The translations under genes and the position numbers were made by a program. From Selaginella moellendorffii (lineage: Eukaryota > Plantae > Lycopodiophyta): a DNA stretch of 22,317 nt. Below, piece after piece: positions 9,057 to 22,082 of this stretch. Where the stretch lies: the NCBI RefSeq assembly GCF_000143415.4, contig NW_003314327.1, positions 1-22,317 on the forward strand, in the 5' to 3' direction. The first letter of the stretch is position 1, and each line of letters starts with the position of its first letter. The notes beneath the pieces were generated by a model. The model ran no database searches and was not told the DNA's origin. It worked only from the letters and a program-made list of their open reading frames with translations.

Positions 9057-10605
9057 TCACCATGGAGGATCCCACGGACCTATCGGACGCCATCAACAAA
9101 GCCGTTCGATGTGACAATCGTCTCTTTGAACGTCGTCAGGAAAGTCGCCGCGCCGCTGTTTTCCCGTCCCAGACTCAAGAATCCCAACTTGAGTCTTCGG
9201 TGCATACTCCTGAACCTACTGCTCCGGTCCTGATGGATATTTCTGGTACTCCCTGACTCATCAGAGGGAAGTTGCGTCCTGCTGAGAAGCAACGTCGAAT
9301 ATCTCATAATCTTTGCCTCTACTGTGTTGATCCTAATCACAAAGTAGCTGTGTGTCCCAAGAAGCCTCCCCGACTGCTTGAGTTCACTCTGCCTCAAAGT
9401 CCACCTTTGTTGTAGTCGGGAAACAACCCTATCTAAATAGAGTAAGAGCTATCTGTTTGGACTCCCTGAATAAAAATCACTTTTCTTCTTTATCAAGCTC
9501 CTCACCACCTTTCATCAAAGCCACCACCAATTCCCGCAACTTCCGCATCCCATATCTCCTTTCTTTCACCAAACAATTAGGACTCAAGGCTCTGGCACTA
9601 CTGGACTTGGGTGCAACTTCCTGCTTTATGGACACGGACTTTGCTGCTCAACATGGCGTTCCTCTTTCTCCTACCATACGGGATTTGAGGGTTGAAGGCA
9701 TTGGCGGGCATTTTGTGTCTTTATCTTCTGGACTTAGTGAAACGTTGCCCATTCAAGTACACATTGGGTCCACCGTCACTGATATTGCCTTCAACATCAT
9801 CAACAGCAAGTCCTCCTTTGTGGTGCTTGGCCTTCCTTGGTTCCAATTACACCAGCCTCAGATCTGTTGGAAGGAATTACAGCTCGTCTCTCCCACATCA
9901 CCATCTCCCACGGCTTCCCCTGCTATTCATCGAGTTCAAGTCAAGAAAAGTTCCCTAAACTCAAATCGGGGTTCTGTTCCTGACTCTACGAAGTTTTCAC
10001 CCTCTTCTTTTTCCTGTCTTCCATCTTACACTGGACAGTATCCTCGTCTCATCGTTCCATTTAGTCATACACCTCCTCCTATCTCCACAATCACTATGAA
10101 AGAACTCCTTCATGAAGAACCTATTTTCCTTTTTGCTTTGCATATTTCTCATGTTAGTCTTATTGAGAAGTATCATGATTTTGGGGATGTGTTTGACAAG
10201 AAAAAAGCTAGTGTATTGCCTATTCATCGGCCTTATGACTGTCCCATTGATTTATAGGAAGGAGCGTCACCTCCGTAGGGGCCTATCTATGGGTTATCCC
10301 TGTTTGAGTTTAAGGCCCTTAGAGAGTACGTGGATGAGAACCTTGCCTCGGGGTACATTCAGCATTTGTAATCCCTGGCTGGAGCGCTTGTCTTCTTTGT
10401 CAAGAAGAAGGATGGGAGTTTGTGGCTAGTCATCGACTACCAAGGTTTGAACAAGGTGATTGTTCGAAACTGTTATCCACTACCCCTGATCTCGGACCTA
10501 TTGGAACGCCTCGACGGTACTCGCTTCTTCACCAAGATTGACCTCCATGGAGCATACAACCTGATTTGGATCCGGCCTGGTGATGAATGGAAGACTGCAT
10601 TCCGC
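9057..10605 (+). mobile_element. Truncated, pseudogenised Ty3/gypsy (chromovirus, Tcn1/sushi-like) LTR retrotransposon fragment: gag C-terminus, protease, RT N-terminus
   Basis: gag AINKAVRCDNRLFERRQE; zinc knuckle CLYCVDPNHKVAVC (9314-9355); protease LLDLGATSCFMD (D at 9604); [55 protein letters not shown] ending at 10605. In-frame stops at 9254, 9413, 10255, 10276 and 10369. No YxDD, RNase H, integrase or LTR. Confidence 0.95.
9418..9424 (+). promoter_or_regulatory. -1 programmed ribosomal frameshift slippery site G GGA AAC between gag and pol
   Basis: The heptamer is in X XXY YYZ register with the gag frame (9062+3n). The -1 frame is open from 9418 directly into the protease ORF at 9457. 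The same heptamer is used by PEG10/sushi-type elements. Confidence 0.85.
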
Positions 10606-12662
10606 CAAGGGTCTATAGCAATTGAGACTGAGTGTCCCTATCTCATTTACCACGTCCTTGGTACCACTTGCACCAATGTGTTCAAGTTAGATATGCCAAG
10701 CCACATTAAACAATCTAACTGTGTATCACGACTTTGGGGCATCCTCTGCTTGGCAGTGTGCCCAAGCTAGTCTCCTTTCTGAGAGTCCATAACCATTGAA
10801 AAATGAGTGTTATATTCCAAACCATCACCATGCCCTAGTGAGTTGGGACTTGAACTCATGCACTAGAGGGTTGGGACTCGAACCCAACCTCCATATATAC
10901 ATCTATAAACGGTATCACATAGGATGCCTGGCATGACTCCCCACACCAGTGCACCAATTTATACTTAAAGCACACTATAAATCATAGCTTAGAAACCTAG
11001 TTCCTCTGCATTGCCAAGTCCTCTCATTTGACAAGTCTGTGATTATGCATGAACTCCTCCATGGGGCTACCCCTTTTGAAGTTAGCACCTTCAACTAAGG
11101 GATTTGTTTCCCTGACTTGCCAATCTCACTTAGCAAGTCATCTGACCAACATAACATGGTTTCATGCATAAGTATAAAAGTCTTTGACTATCGACTTTTA
11201 TTCAAAGCCATCCCTTTGAACATTTGGGAATTACTTCCCCAACCTTGATAGCCTTGCTTTATGGCAAGCTTCAAGACCACGCTTTTGCTATGCCATTCTA
11301 ATTTCGCGTGTTTTATGAACCATTTACACTTGGTTTTCTAGGTACTAAATTACCTAAAATTGTCTTTGGGAACCTTGAAAGAACTCTGTCCTTTAGCTTG
11401 CGAAGGCCTTTCCTTTCGCAAGCTTTCTAATTGCCATATGGTCTAACATGGACAATTCCATGCTTTAAACTCTCCATAACATCACGGTTACTAGTAACAA
11501 TATGCTCAAGCACCCATTTGATTCTCCACTCCCCACTTGCCTAACCACTCTTGGTTATGCCCTTCAATTCTTATGGTTTGGTTTTATCCCCTTACTACTT
11601 GTTTTTGGCCTCACACATTTCTTTCGATTATTCTCCTTCAGACTAGGAGGATAGCTTTGCACTTTTTACTATGCCTTAGCAAGTATTTATAAGGATGAAC
11701 TTACCCGATAGCCTAGGGAGTGGTTCCTCAATCTGGGCATGTTCACCTTATACACTGGGATTAATATTGCTACTTATGGGCCTCTATATGCTCATCACTA
11801 ACTTTGCCAAAATCCCATTTTAGGTTTTGTCCAATTTAGGTAGATGGACTTCTCCTGTCTCCATAACCTTGGACGTTTGGATAGCACCTCCTATCCATTA
11901 TTTGTTAAGGACTTAGTCCTTTAGGCTTTGTCTATTGCCCTCACGATACTAAACACCACCTTTTGGTGTTTTAGAGTGTTTGGATGTCCCAATAATGGCC
12001 TTATTTGACAATGAGCATTCCCTATATGATATTAACTTACTATATTGCAACATAAGCAATTTATCCTTTATAAGGATATATCTAACTTCCTTATCCCAGA
12101 AGTCTTGGGTAGTTACCTTCTACCAATTTAATTAATTATTTTGCACCTTTTGTTTAGTTGTCTCATAGTTATCAAGTCTTACAACTCATTACTAGTGCTT
12201 CCACACCTCCATCATTACTTGAGTCACCACACTCCAATTGCATGCCCTCTAGCTTAGGCTATGCCATTCCCATTTCCATTAGGATTCCCTTAGCAAGGGG
12301 TTCTCATAAACTTGCCAACTTGACTTCAAGGCATCACGTGTTGGCACATTTAGTGTCTTCACACTATCGGCTCCACGAGTTTACTTTTATAACATTTCTT
12401 ACTTGTGTCTAGGTCCTTGCCAAGATCAATACAGTCCTTTCTCATACCAACTATCCGTTAGCATTACACTATAGAGTTTACACACATCTTTGTGTCAAAG
12501 TTGTTTTCTTCTAGAAACACTTTTCCTGCGACTTTAGTATGGCACATTCTGCCATTAATGAGATACCCACTCTTCTCATACTTGGATCTTATGATCCTCC
12601 CCATCCTCTATGGGGCACAACACACTTTAGTCTAAATGCTTTTACTAATCCCTTAGAACTAT
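10606..12662. other. Heavily degenerate, CpG-depleted non-coding sequence, probably old retroelement debris
   Basis: AT-rich, very few CpG, no convincing ORF, abrupt junction with the RT fragment. Confidence 0.4.
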
Positions 12663-12855
12663 TGTTAGGGGAAAGAGGGGTTTCTCCCCCAATGCTCACT
12701 CAAACACGAAAAATGCTTCAATGTTCTTTGCCAAATGCCCCCCCCGCCCCTTGCCCTTGTGGAGCAAGGGTTTTATACAAGGAAGATAGGGAATATTTTG
12801 AGGACCAGAATATTCCCTCTTTCTCTCTCACTCTCTTGGTGGCTACGCCCTAACA
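12663..12855 (-). mobile_element. Short (193 bp) LTR-like segment
   Basis: Bounded by the 8-bp inverted termini TGTTAGGG...CCCTAACA (TG...CA), with TATAAAA on the minus strand near 12770. No target-site duplication, PBS or PPT was seen. Confidence 0.4.
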
Positions 12856-13529
12856 TGCGACCACGATGGATTGCACTGGCTCCAGACGCGCGAGAACCCT
12901 CCGAAGAGTGTAGAGTGTACCTCTGCTACTGATGTCAAGTGCTGGTAGCTGTGTGAAATAGTAGAAACTCTAGAAAACAAAGTGAAAAGAGGTAAGTATG
13001 AAGTTTGGAGACAGAAAAAAAAACCTGGTGGGAAACCCTGTAGTTAAATTGGACCTTGAAGTTGAAGAAAAGTGTAGAAAAAGTGTGAAAAGAGGAGGAA
13101 GCTCTATTTCGTTAAAGTGGGAATTGTCATTATCCCACTTGTAAAATAAGGTTTCCAAACCTTTATATAGTATATAAATATAACAAAATTCAACTGCATT
13201 GAGGCACATGCCATTTTATTTTAAACAAGGAAATGTCTACTCAATCACTTCTCACTGCTTCACCTCTCTTTTCTCCTTGTCATCGTCGTCCAATTTCTTT
13301 CCATCCTTTTAATATTGGCTCAGTTGCTCCGAGTCTAGGTGGAGCCCAAGTCCCCATTCAATCTTTACTTTCCCCTTATTAATAAAACAACTTCGTAGAC
13401 TTCCAATAACATGCTGTAACACTTCTAGTATAATGCAAATCCTCTCAAAGAATTGTCTTTTAATATTAATACAATGGCATGGAACCCCATGCCATAATAA
13501 GTTACATTTTTAAATAAATACATGCCATC

Positions 13530-16500
13530 TCAGACTGTTATTTTTTGCCTCCAACGCCTATACAATAATCTTGGAATTTCATCACTCTCCACACTATCAG
13601 GATTTAAACCCAATAGTAATGCCATCTCTTCTCTAATACGTCCACGCTCATGTTCAGTGGTCGAAGAACCCATCCGGTTGAGCAGATTATGGAGATGCGG
13701 ATAGTGCTTGGCTAGACAATATACATGCCATAAATGATGACTGGTGTCTGTCCGATCAAATGGCTTCTGATATACCGTTCCATCTGCCATTTGGTTGATT
13801 TCTGCAGCCACCTCCTGGACTGGCCGGTTCTCTATCACCATCGCTTCAAGCCGTTTTGCAAGGTCCCCCAGAACATACGGTTTCTTCTCCCTAGTTTCCA
13901 TACTGCAAGAGATGGGGTGCACTGCATATGTGTGCGTGTTCGCTGCAGTTTTAATCGGCGAGTCATCGATGATGAGGATTTCACTTGAGCTAGCAGTCCG
14001 GTTCATCACTACAACCTCTGGCTTGACGAAGATGGGCTTGCTACCCCTCACATGGACCATAGTCAAGCAATCCTCCTGCGTTAGGAGAAAGTCAAATGGT
14101 AATATTACTCGCGTCTGATCGTGCATCATCTGTAGCAACGTTAATGCATTGTGGCGCATCATGGATGTCCAAACTCCCAATTGCAAATTGAACCCGGCCC
14201 TCTGTTTTAAGTGTCGCATGGTCATTATTAGATCCCGCAGTTTCTCCCGTGTGATTAATGTGAATCTGTCTCTTTTGACCAACTTGCGACCGCAGGCTTT
14301 GGAGGGTGCAGTGACATTCGAGGACGAGCCACGCTCATGGGAGAAAAGGACACCGTTCAGATCAAAAACGATACAGTACTTTCGCCGTGACTCTGAAATG
14401 AAATGCGTTAGCATAAAAAATGGTACAAGTCAATTTTACCATCTACAATATTAGCGAATGGTGCTCCCGATGGTCGTTGAGAGGGTTTTGGTCGAGGAAA
14501 CGTGAAGGGCGGAAATACTCTCCTCTGCAATGTGGGGTCAATCGCATCCGATGGCGTGTGGGCACATGCCATTTCAGCTGTAGACTCTGGTACAACTGGC
14601 TCAACAGTGGCATGGGGTGGTTCCGATGGCGTGTGATCACACGCCATTTCAGCTGGTGCCTCCGTTGGCAAAGTGGACATGACCGAACAGGCAGCAGGGG
14701 CGGTGTAGGGAGGTTCCAACGGCGCGTAGTCAGACGATTGGGCACACGTTGGAAATGAGGATACGACTGGCTCAGCGGCTGGGGCGGCCTCATGCGGGTC
14801 TAATGGCGCCTGGTCACCGTCAGTTGGATACGTGGACAAGATTGACTCAGTGGTATGGGCAGCATCAAGTGGAGCGTGGTCAGCTTGCTTGGCGTTGATA
14901 TGGATAGTAGCCTCCACCAGCTCTGATGACTCTTGCAGGCAAGTAGAGTCCACTGGCGGATCCATATGCATGTCCAAATATCTCCCTTCGATTGAGATGG
15001 TATCCTCCCGTGCTACTAAAAACAAACTCATTAGCACATTGAATCGACTATACTGTATTTACCATCAACTGCTATTGAGGAACTAGGACCGATATCACTT
15101 GGGCGCACTGCTGATTCTGAAGGATTGGACATACGTTTCGACCCTTGCTTGGCACTATCCTTCCTCGACACTAAAGGCTAGAGTTTGTATCTTAATTCAA
15201 CTGAATAATCTCTACTTACCATTTCTTCTGCGACCTACATGGACAATGTTAGAAATGGTAAAAGGTTAGGAATGGATATACTATTATTTACCTGATGGTT
15301 TGTCTTGTATGACCTTCCTCTGCTGCTCTTTGGCCACCTCAGGCTGGCCATCATCGTCATCATCGTCATCGTCGTTATTGTGATCGTCACCATTGTGAGG
15401 ACCATCCAAGTCCTCTTCGTCCTCCTCTTCTTCGTCCTCCTCTTCTTCGTCCTCCTCTTCTTTGTCCTCCTCTTCGTCCTTCTGCTCTTCCTGCTCATTA
15501 TCTTTCTCTGGCTCCTCATCCCCCTCTTGCATTTCTTCCATAGGCTGCTCAGGCTGGATTGCTTGTTTTTCCAGGACCATCTTGGAAAAATCATCTGGCC
15601 GAGTCTCCATCTCAAAATACAAGACATCCATAGCCTGTTTTAGTGCGTGACCTAGGACCGTATCCTCACCCGACTGTCTTAACATGGTTTCTGCACGTTC
15701 TTGCACCCTTCGAAGACGACGAGATGAGAAAAATGTGGCCCTGACTTGAAAAGCATCCCTCATCCATTGTACCTCTCCATTGAGATTGGGGAAGGGGAGT
15801 CCGCCATAGGAATCTGAGTCAGAAGGTGGTGACTGGCTCCTTTCACTCAGCCCTTGATCTGCAATGAATGGCATGAGCACACACATGATAACCGCGAGGC
15901 ATTACCTATCATCTTTTCGTTGCCCTTCTTCCTTTTCGAATCAAACGCCTCTGATCCCGACGACTGTCCAATGTGCTTTCGCTTTTTATGACCACTGTCA
16001 GTTTGAGCTTGGCTGGTGCTTGCCTGTTTTGCCTTTGAAGAAGTGTCTCCTGCAAGGAATGGCATGAGACCACACGCCATTGCAAATATAATTTGTACCT
16101 CCTTTTTTCCTATTGCTTGTCTGTTTGTCCTTCTTCGACGCGCCACCAGTGCGCTTTTCAGTCCTCGTGTCTGAATATTCACAACGATCTATAATCAAAA
16201 TGGCGTGAGGCCTCACGTGACCTTACCTTGTGCAGGTTGTGACCTCGGCCTAACATCAGTAGCTGTTAACGCCGTTTCAGCATCTGGGGGTGGCCACGCT
16301 CCTGCATACAGAGCTTGTGAGATAACATTTAAATTTAAAGTGCGTACTCACCAGGTTCGTAGAGAAGATACTGTTTTTCTTTGGCAACTGTAATTATATG
16401 CTCCATTGAAGTCACCTCTTCAATGGAGTTTGTCACCGCAACACACGGGACACCCTTGAGTAGTGCGGCTCGAAAGAATAGTCTGCCGCAGTTGTACTCG

Positions 16501-19135
16501 ACAACGCATTTGCCCTTGGAGTCACCCGCTATTGCGTTGAAGACCCAGCTGAGCATTTCCCATGCTGCACCTGGAGCTTTCTTTGGATTCGAAAGCTCCA
16601 TAGCCGTCTTCAGTTCCTCAGGCACGGGTAAATTGACCTCCCTCAGATCAATTCGATCGGCTTTGTTGAACGAAGCTGGGAAGTCACTCCAGTCCCACTC
16701 TGCTGCAGGACCAATAACAAGGGCGACTGTGAAGATGCGGACATTCGTCGGTATCTTCTTCTTAGCCATTATCCCATGGATCTCCCGCATCTCCTTGCCT
16801 TTCAACCGAGCCTTCACCTCGTTCAAGGCCTTCCAGAACTTGTGATAGGATTCGAAGTCGTAGATCATATAGTGGACTGAAGATTCCACCTCCGCAAGTC
16901 CCACCATTAAGTCAATGATGGAGCTGACTTCGTTTGCATGAGTGATCTCCTCGTTTGTGAAGTCCATCACACAAAAGATGTTCTTGACCTGCTCATCTCC
17001 GCGGGAAACGATGCTCCTCCACCTTTGATCCTCATCCGAATTCACGTATACCCGGTAAGGTTCTCGATAGGCCTCTGCTGCGGGGTCGAGCTGTTTCTGA
17101 AGCCGGCGGTCGACATCCCTCTTAATGAAATTTGGATACTGATCCAACTTCTCAACTTTACTTTTCGTGGCATCCCGCAGCAGATCGATGAACTTGGGGG
17201 CCCCCTTCACGTACTCGTCGATGTCTTCATTTGACAAGTCCAGCTCTTCCATCATCTCTTGCGTGGTGTCGATGCTCACCCTCGCCACGGCCACTTGCTC
17301 GAAGATCCAATCCTTCAATAGCGCACGAGCTCTCAGAGTCGTGCACAAGTCCTCGTATGTCACAATATGGCCGGGAGTCATTTTGGTCTTGTTGAAGACT
17401 ACCTCACCACATAGAAGAGCATTAGCCACTGTCAGAAGGTCGTCGTCGTCTAGAGACCGCGAGAAACGCAAGGCGTTGAGCTTCAAATCATTGGGCTTCC
17501 GGCCGTCCTCCACACCCATTGAGTTTAGCAACTCCCCGTCATGGTACCTCCTTAGCACATCTACCCATTTGTCAAAAACAACTTTTGTCGCGAGTAGAAT
17601 GTTATGGATGCTGAGTGTGTCATTGACCCCCAGTGTTTTCGAGAGAAGACTCGAGAATTCCTGCAATGGAAATGGCGTGAGGCCACATGCTATGCCACAT
17701 GCAACGAGGCTTACCTGCCAGGCGCTAGTTGCTAGTGCACGTCCTTGTCCTGGTTTTTGTGGCTTCTTCAGTTGAACCCAGAGCTTCCGTGTTCGTGCCA
17801 ATGTCTCGTGCAGACCCGATTTGTAGCACGTTTCTTGCTTGACATTCTGCGCGTGGGAGATGTATATGATAGATCGGAGGGGCGAGTTGCCTTTTATCAG
17901 GCGGACAACTCTTGTCTTGAAGACTTTCTTCACCTCCTCGCCCACCATAATATCCACAACTATCTGTTGCATCGCCAAGCTAGAATGCTGCCCGGAGACG
18001 GCATAGAACCGGATGTTCTGATCGTCCAACACCTTCCTATTGATCAAGTCTGGAAACCTCGTCTCGCCCTTCATTGTTCGGTAGTAGGGGATCACGTCTG
18101 CGATGTCGGGTGTTACTGGACTTGCCAGCATCTTCTGCTTCAGTTTCTCCACCCACTCATCAGATACTAGCCTGTGGTTGTATTTGCTTTGGATCTCGAT
18201 ACGGCTCACGTCGATTGTATATACTTTGTTGGAATAGTAACAAGTACTATTATCTGCGACGATTTTTGCTGCCTCTTCTTGCTCTTTCTGCTCTTTGCGG
18301 CTCTTCTTTTTGGTGGGTGTAGTGTTCGAACCCGAGGCAATGGCATCACCGAGTAGCTTCTTTTTTGGAGCAGCAGAGTCGGACGTCGGCTTGAGCTTGA
18401 CCACCCTTTTCTGCTTCGGGGTAGTTTCCAGATCGACCCCCTTCCCCTTCGCTTCGCAAACTGGAGGCACTCTCAACGGCTCAATGTTGGAATATAGTTT
18501 TTGAACATCGCCGTAGGTGAGGTCCGTGGATTCCATGTGATCTTCATAGACCCGCAGCGTCTTTGAAATTGTGGGCCTCCTGGACAACCTCTCCCTAGCT
18601 CCCTCTAGGAATTCCTCATAGCCGCTGCCCCCCTCCGGGAAGCCGCTAGGATGTGCAAGGTGGATCTTGAAGGCGGACGCTGTCTCTACCACAAGTGCCA
18701 GTCCATATTCTTGCATGGAACTGCATGGAGTGTCTGTCACTTGGATGAGGATCCCCATGCATTCTTTTCTCCCACCATCTGTGTTGTACAGCATCAGATC
18801 CTCGCCTTCCATCCCGAAAGTCCAACTGGTGAGCTCCTCCCCCTTCTCTGCATCCACATTGACAGTGGCTGGAAGAAGAACGCAATTCCTCGCCTGTTCA
18901 AAAATGCACAACAATTAGAGCTGACAGATGAAAAGCTAGCAGCTGGAAATAACGTGAGGCCACACGCCATTCACCACTGCATCAGATGTCTTGAGGCTGC
19001 ATCCTAAGATGGCGTGAGGCTACACGCCATCTGTAACCGGACTGCACTCGAGAGCCCAATCGGTGCATGCCAATGTTGCTACTGAATGGCATGTGGCCTC
19101 ATGCCATTTTCTACTTGGTCTAAAAGACTTACCAT
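13530..19135 (-). CDS. Gene A (right copy): ~1636-aa ParB-like / MTase-like / FCP1-like phosphatase protein, apparently intact (IVFDLNGVL)
   Basis: Mirror exons 19135-19133, 18893-17715, 17660-16352, 16301-16227, 16170-16099, 16049-15906, 15858-15292, 15234-15220, 15170-15063, 15015-14440, 14392-13530. Splice sites are conserved and the acceptor at 15859-15861 is a canonical CAG. Confidence 0.82.
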
Positions 19136-20718
19136 TTGAAGCCGAATGGAGGCCGTGACAATCGAGGCCGGACTCGCTGGCGAATGTGCACTGTGTGTGC
19201 AGCGGATCGTAGCAGCAAGGCTACTCTGCCACTTACAGTTGGAGAGTGGTGCTGAAATCTCCCGGGACGCCAAGTGGGCTGCGTGTGGGTGGCGGAGTGG
19301 GCGGCGGAGTTGGCGGCGAAGTTACAAACTGGGTGTGTCTTGAAGTGGACGCCGATGCACACGAGCGCGATGCGAGCGCGAGTGTGATGCAAGCGCGAGT
19401 GGACGCCGATGCACACGAGAAACCTGTAGAGAAGTGAGCGTGATCGCGAGTGGGAGCGCGATGCGAGCGGGAGCGCGAGTGTGATGCGAGCGCGAGCGCG
19501 AGTACAAAGCAAAATGCAAAACCTAACCTCACACGCGCGAAATGTCACAACGGTTGGTAATCCCGCCACGTCATCATTCCTCGGACTTGGGCGCCACCAT
19601 TAATTTCTGGATTGCCGCGCGCATGCAAGCACGCAAAATCCAAAAGAAATCCGCAACGTCATCATTCCTCGGACTGCATGCACGCGAAATCTAAAAGAAA
19701 GATCATGATTGGGATATCATTTAATACCCTCGCTATATTTATACCATGCATGATTGGATATTCCAAAGCATCTTGTATTTCCAAAAATGGCAGATGTTCA
19801 GCTAAATAAAGAAATTCTATCTGTTTCTATTTTTCTCTCAAATCAATATTATAGCGTGTGGGCTCATGCAATTTTGAACCAAAGAAACCCAAAAAACGTT
19901 GGACCCAAAATATTTTGAAAAAACCCAAAAAACCCTAAACATTTTAAACCCAAAAATCCAGGCGTCCTGTGGCGTTATTCCTTGAATGGCGTGTGGGCGC
20001 ATGCCATTTTCAGGGCCAAATGCTGAATGGAGAAAAATTCCCTTTCAGTGCAAATGTTGTAAGAGGCAGATGCCGAGCACAAAGGACTGTAACTACCTCA
20101 CATGACACAGATAAACTTTTCTCTATTTGGCAAAGATAAACTTTATAGCGTGTGGGCTCATGCAATTTTGAACCCAAGAAATGCACCAAAAAATTCTCGG
20201 CGTCATCTAGCATTATCTCTTGAATGGTGTGGGGCCGCATGCCATTTTCAGGGGCACATAGGAGTATATTCCTAGGATATTCTGACACGCGCGAGATTTT
20301 TTTGAGTTTTCTGAAGATCCAACCGTTAGATCGCAACTAGATTTTACAGAATGGTATACAATGTCTTTCTTGATGACCCTGCAAAGAAGCATCTCGATCG
20401 GACACCACATGAGACCACACGAGCCTTACAATGTTTCAGGGGCATTTGCCATAGATCCGACCATTATTTTGCTCCAAGATTTTACAGTTTGGTGTGCATT
20501 GACCTTTCCATCGAAACTGCAAAGGGACATCACAATCAGATGCGGGATCACAAGAAACTAACTTCACTAACTCTGGTTTCACCAAGATCTACGTAAGGAG
20601 TTATGAAATGAAAGGACCCTCTCTATTGAAATGTGTTTATGGTCCTAGGGGCATTGTGACATATCAAAGGATTTTGCATCAAGTTCTGTATTTGCATGTT
20701 TATCAAGCTACTGAATTG

Positions 20719-20751
20719 CTAAACCCTAAACCCTAAACCCTAAACCCTAAA
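20719..20751 (-). repeat. Mirror interstitial telomeric repeat (CCCTAAA)n
   Basis: Direct reading of the sequence. Confidence 0.95.
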
Positions 20752-22082
20752 CATGTGGCAAATGCTGCGTGAAGAAAGATGCCCTTTCTGGGCAAATGCT
20801 GTAAGAGGCAGATGCCGAGGAGATTTATCTCAGGCTAGCGAAGGGGACGAACGAAAGCTAGCTATAAACATGACGGGATGCAAATAGATTACTAGGCTGG
20901 TCCTACGAAAATCAAAAACCATAATTGAAAACATTGAAAATGCAAAAAGAAAGGTTTATAATATTTTTGAATTTTAGGCAACCAAAGGAATGTAAGTAGG
21001 GCATGTGTTTGTAAGTTTAAAAATGCCTCAACCACTTAAATTCCCAAGTAAATAAAGCTGTTTCTATTTTTGGTACAGGTAAACTTTATAGCGTGTGGGC
21101 TCATGCAATTTTGAACCCAAAAATGCACCAAAAAATGCTCGACTAGCATTATTCTTTGAATGGCGTGTGGCCTTATGTCGAGCATTATTCTTTGAATGGT
21201 GTGTGGCCTTATATTGCCATAAATGGACGTACACACACAGCGTAATTATTCCTTTACACGGCGAATAATCTTGGCGCGGATCGCTGACATGGCATGGCAA
21301 AGTTCGAATCACTGACATGGCACAGCTGGATCGAGGCAAGGACATGATGTGACAAAGTTCAACCTCCGACAGCAAAGTCTAGAAGCTACTCAGTTTGAAA
21401 TTTGTCAGAGGAATCATAAGATCTGGTTTGTCAGAGGATTTGATGTGACGTTCAAGCGTGTGTTATTTTTGAATTCTCGAACTCATTCCTAGGTCTATCA
21501 TTTTTGTGCGCCGTGTTCTTGGTTCCGCTGAGCGCAGTGAGCGCTGCTTGTGTAAGCGGCGTTGTGGGCTGTGGTTTATGCGTCTACGAGCGGTTGCGGC
21601 ATTGCGAGCGCCATTGCGAGCGGCAGTTTATGCGAGTGGCAGTTTGTGCGAGCGGCGCTACGAGCAGTTGCGGTGTTGCGAGCGGCGCTACGAGTAGTTG
21701 CGGTGTTGCGAGCGGCACTGTCTTTGGTGTGGCTACCGCTTCCTCTTGATATTCGGCACTTGTGCTTCCTGGTATGTTCACCATGGAATGGCTTAGGACC
21801 ACATTTAGAAATGGCATGAGGCCACATGCCATCTTGGGCCCTTGCAATTTCATGGCTAGCGTATTGTCATGTATGTTTTTACTTGCCTGCAGCTGTGTGT
21901 ATATCAAGATGGCATGAGGCCTCATGCCAATTTTGTGAATGCGAAATTTCACGTGGGTGTCAATAGCATGTTTGAATAATGGCATGTGGCCTCATGCTAT
22001 TGAGGTTGTTTGGTATGTTATGATTTAGGCCATTCTCCAATCATTTTTTGTATGGTCTTAACTTCTTTTCTGCACTTTCAGA

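Larger units (their letters stand above)
13193..22000. repeat. Mirror set of the 22-bp palindromes in the right arm
   Basis: For example ATGGCATGTGGCCTCATGCCAT at 19086, ATGGCATGAGGCCACATGCCAT at 21811 and ATGGCGTGTGATCACACGCCAT at 14626. Confidence 0.95.

Noticed and set aside
10938-10956. PBS-like TGGTGCACTGGTGTGGGG on the minus strand
   Set aside because: I could not match it confidently to a tRNA 3' end or to an adjacent LTR boundary.
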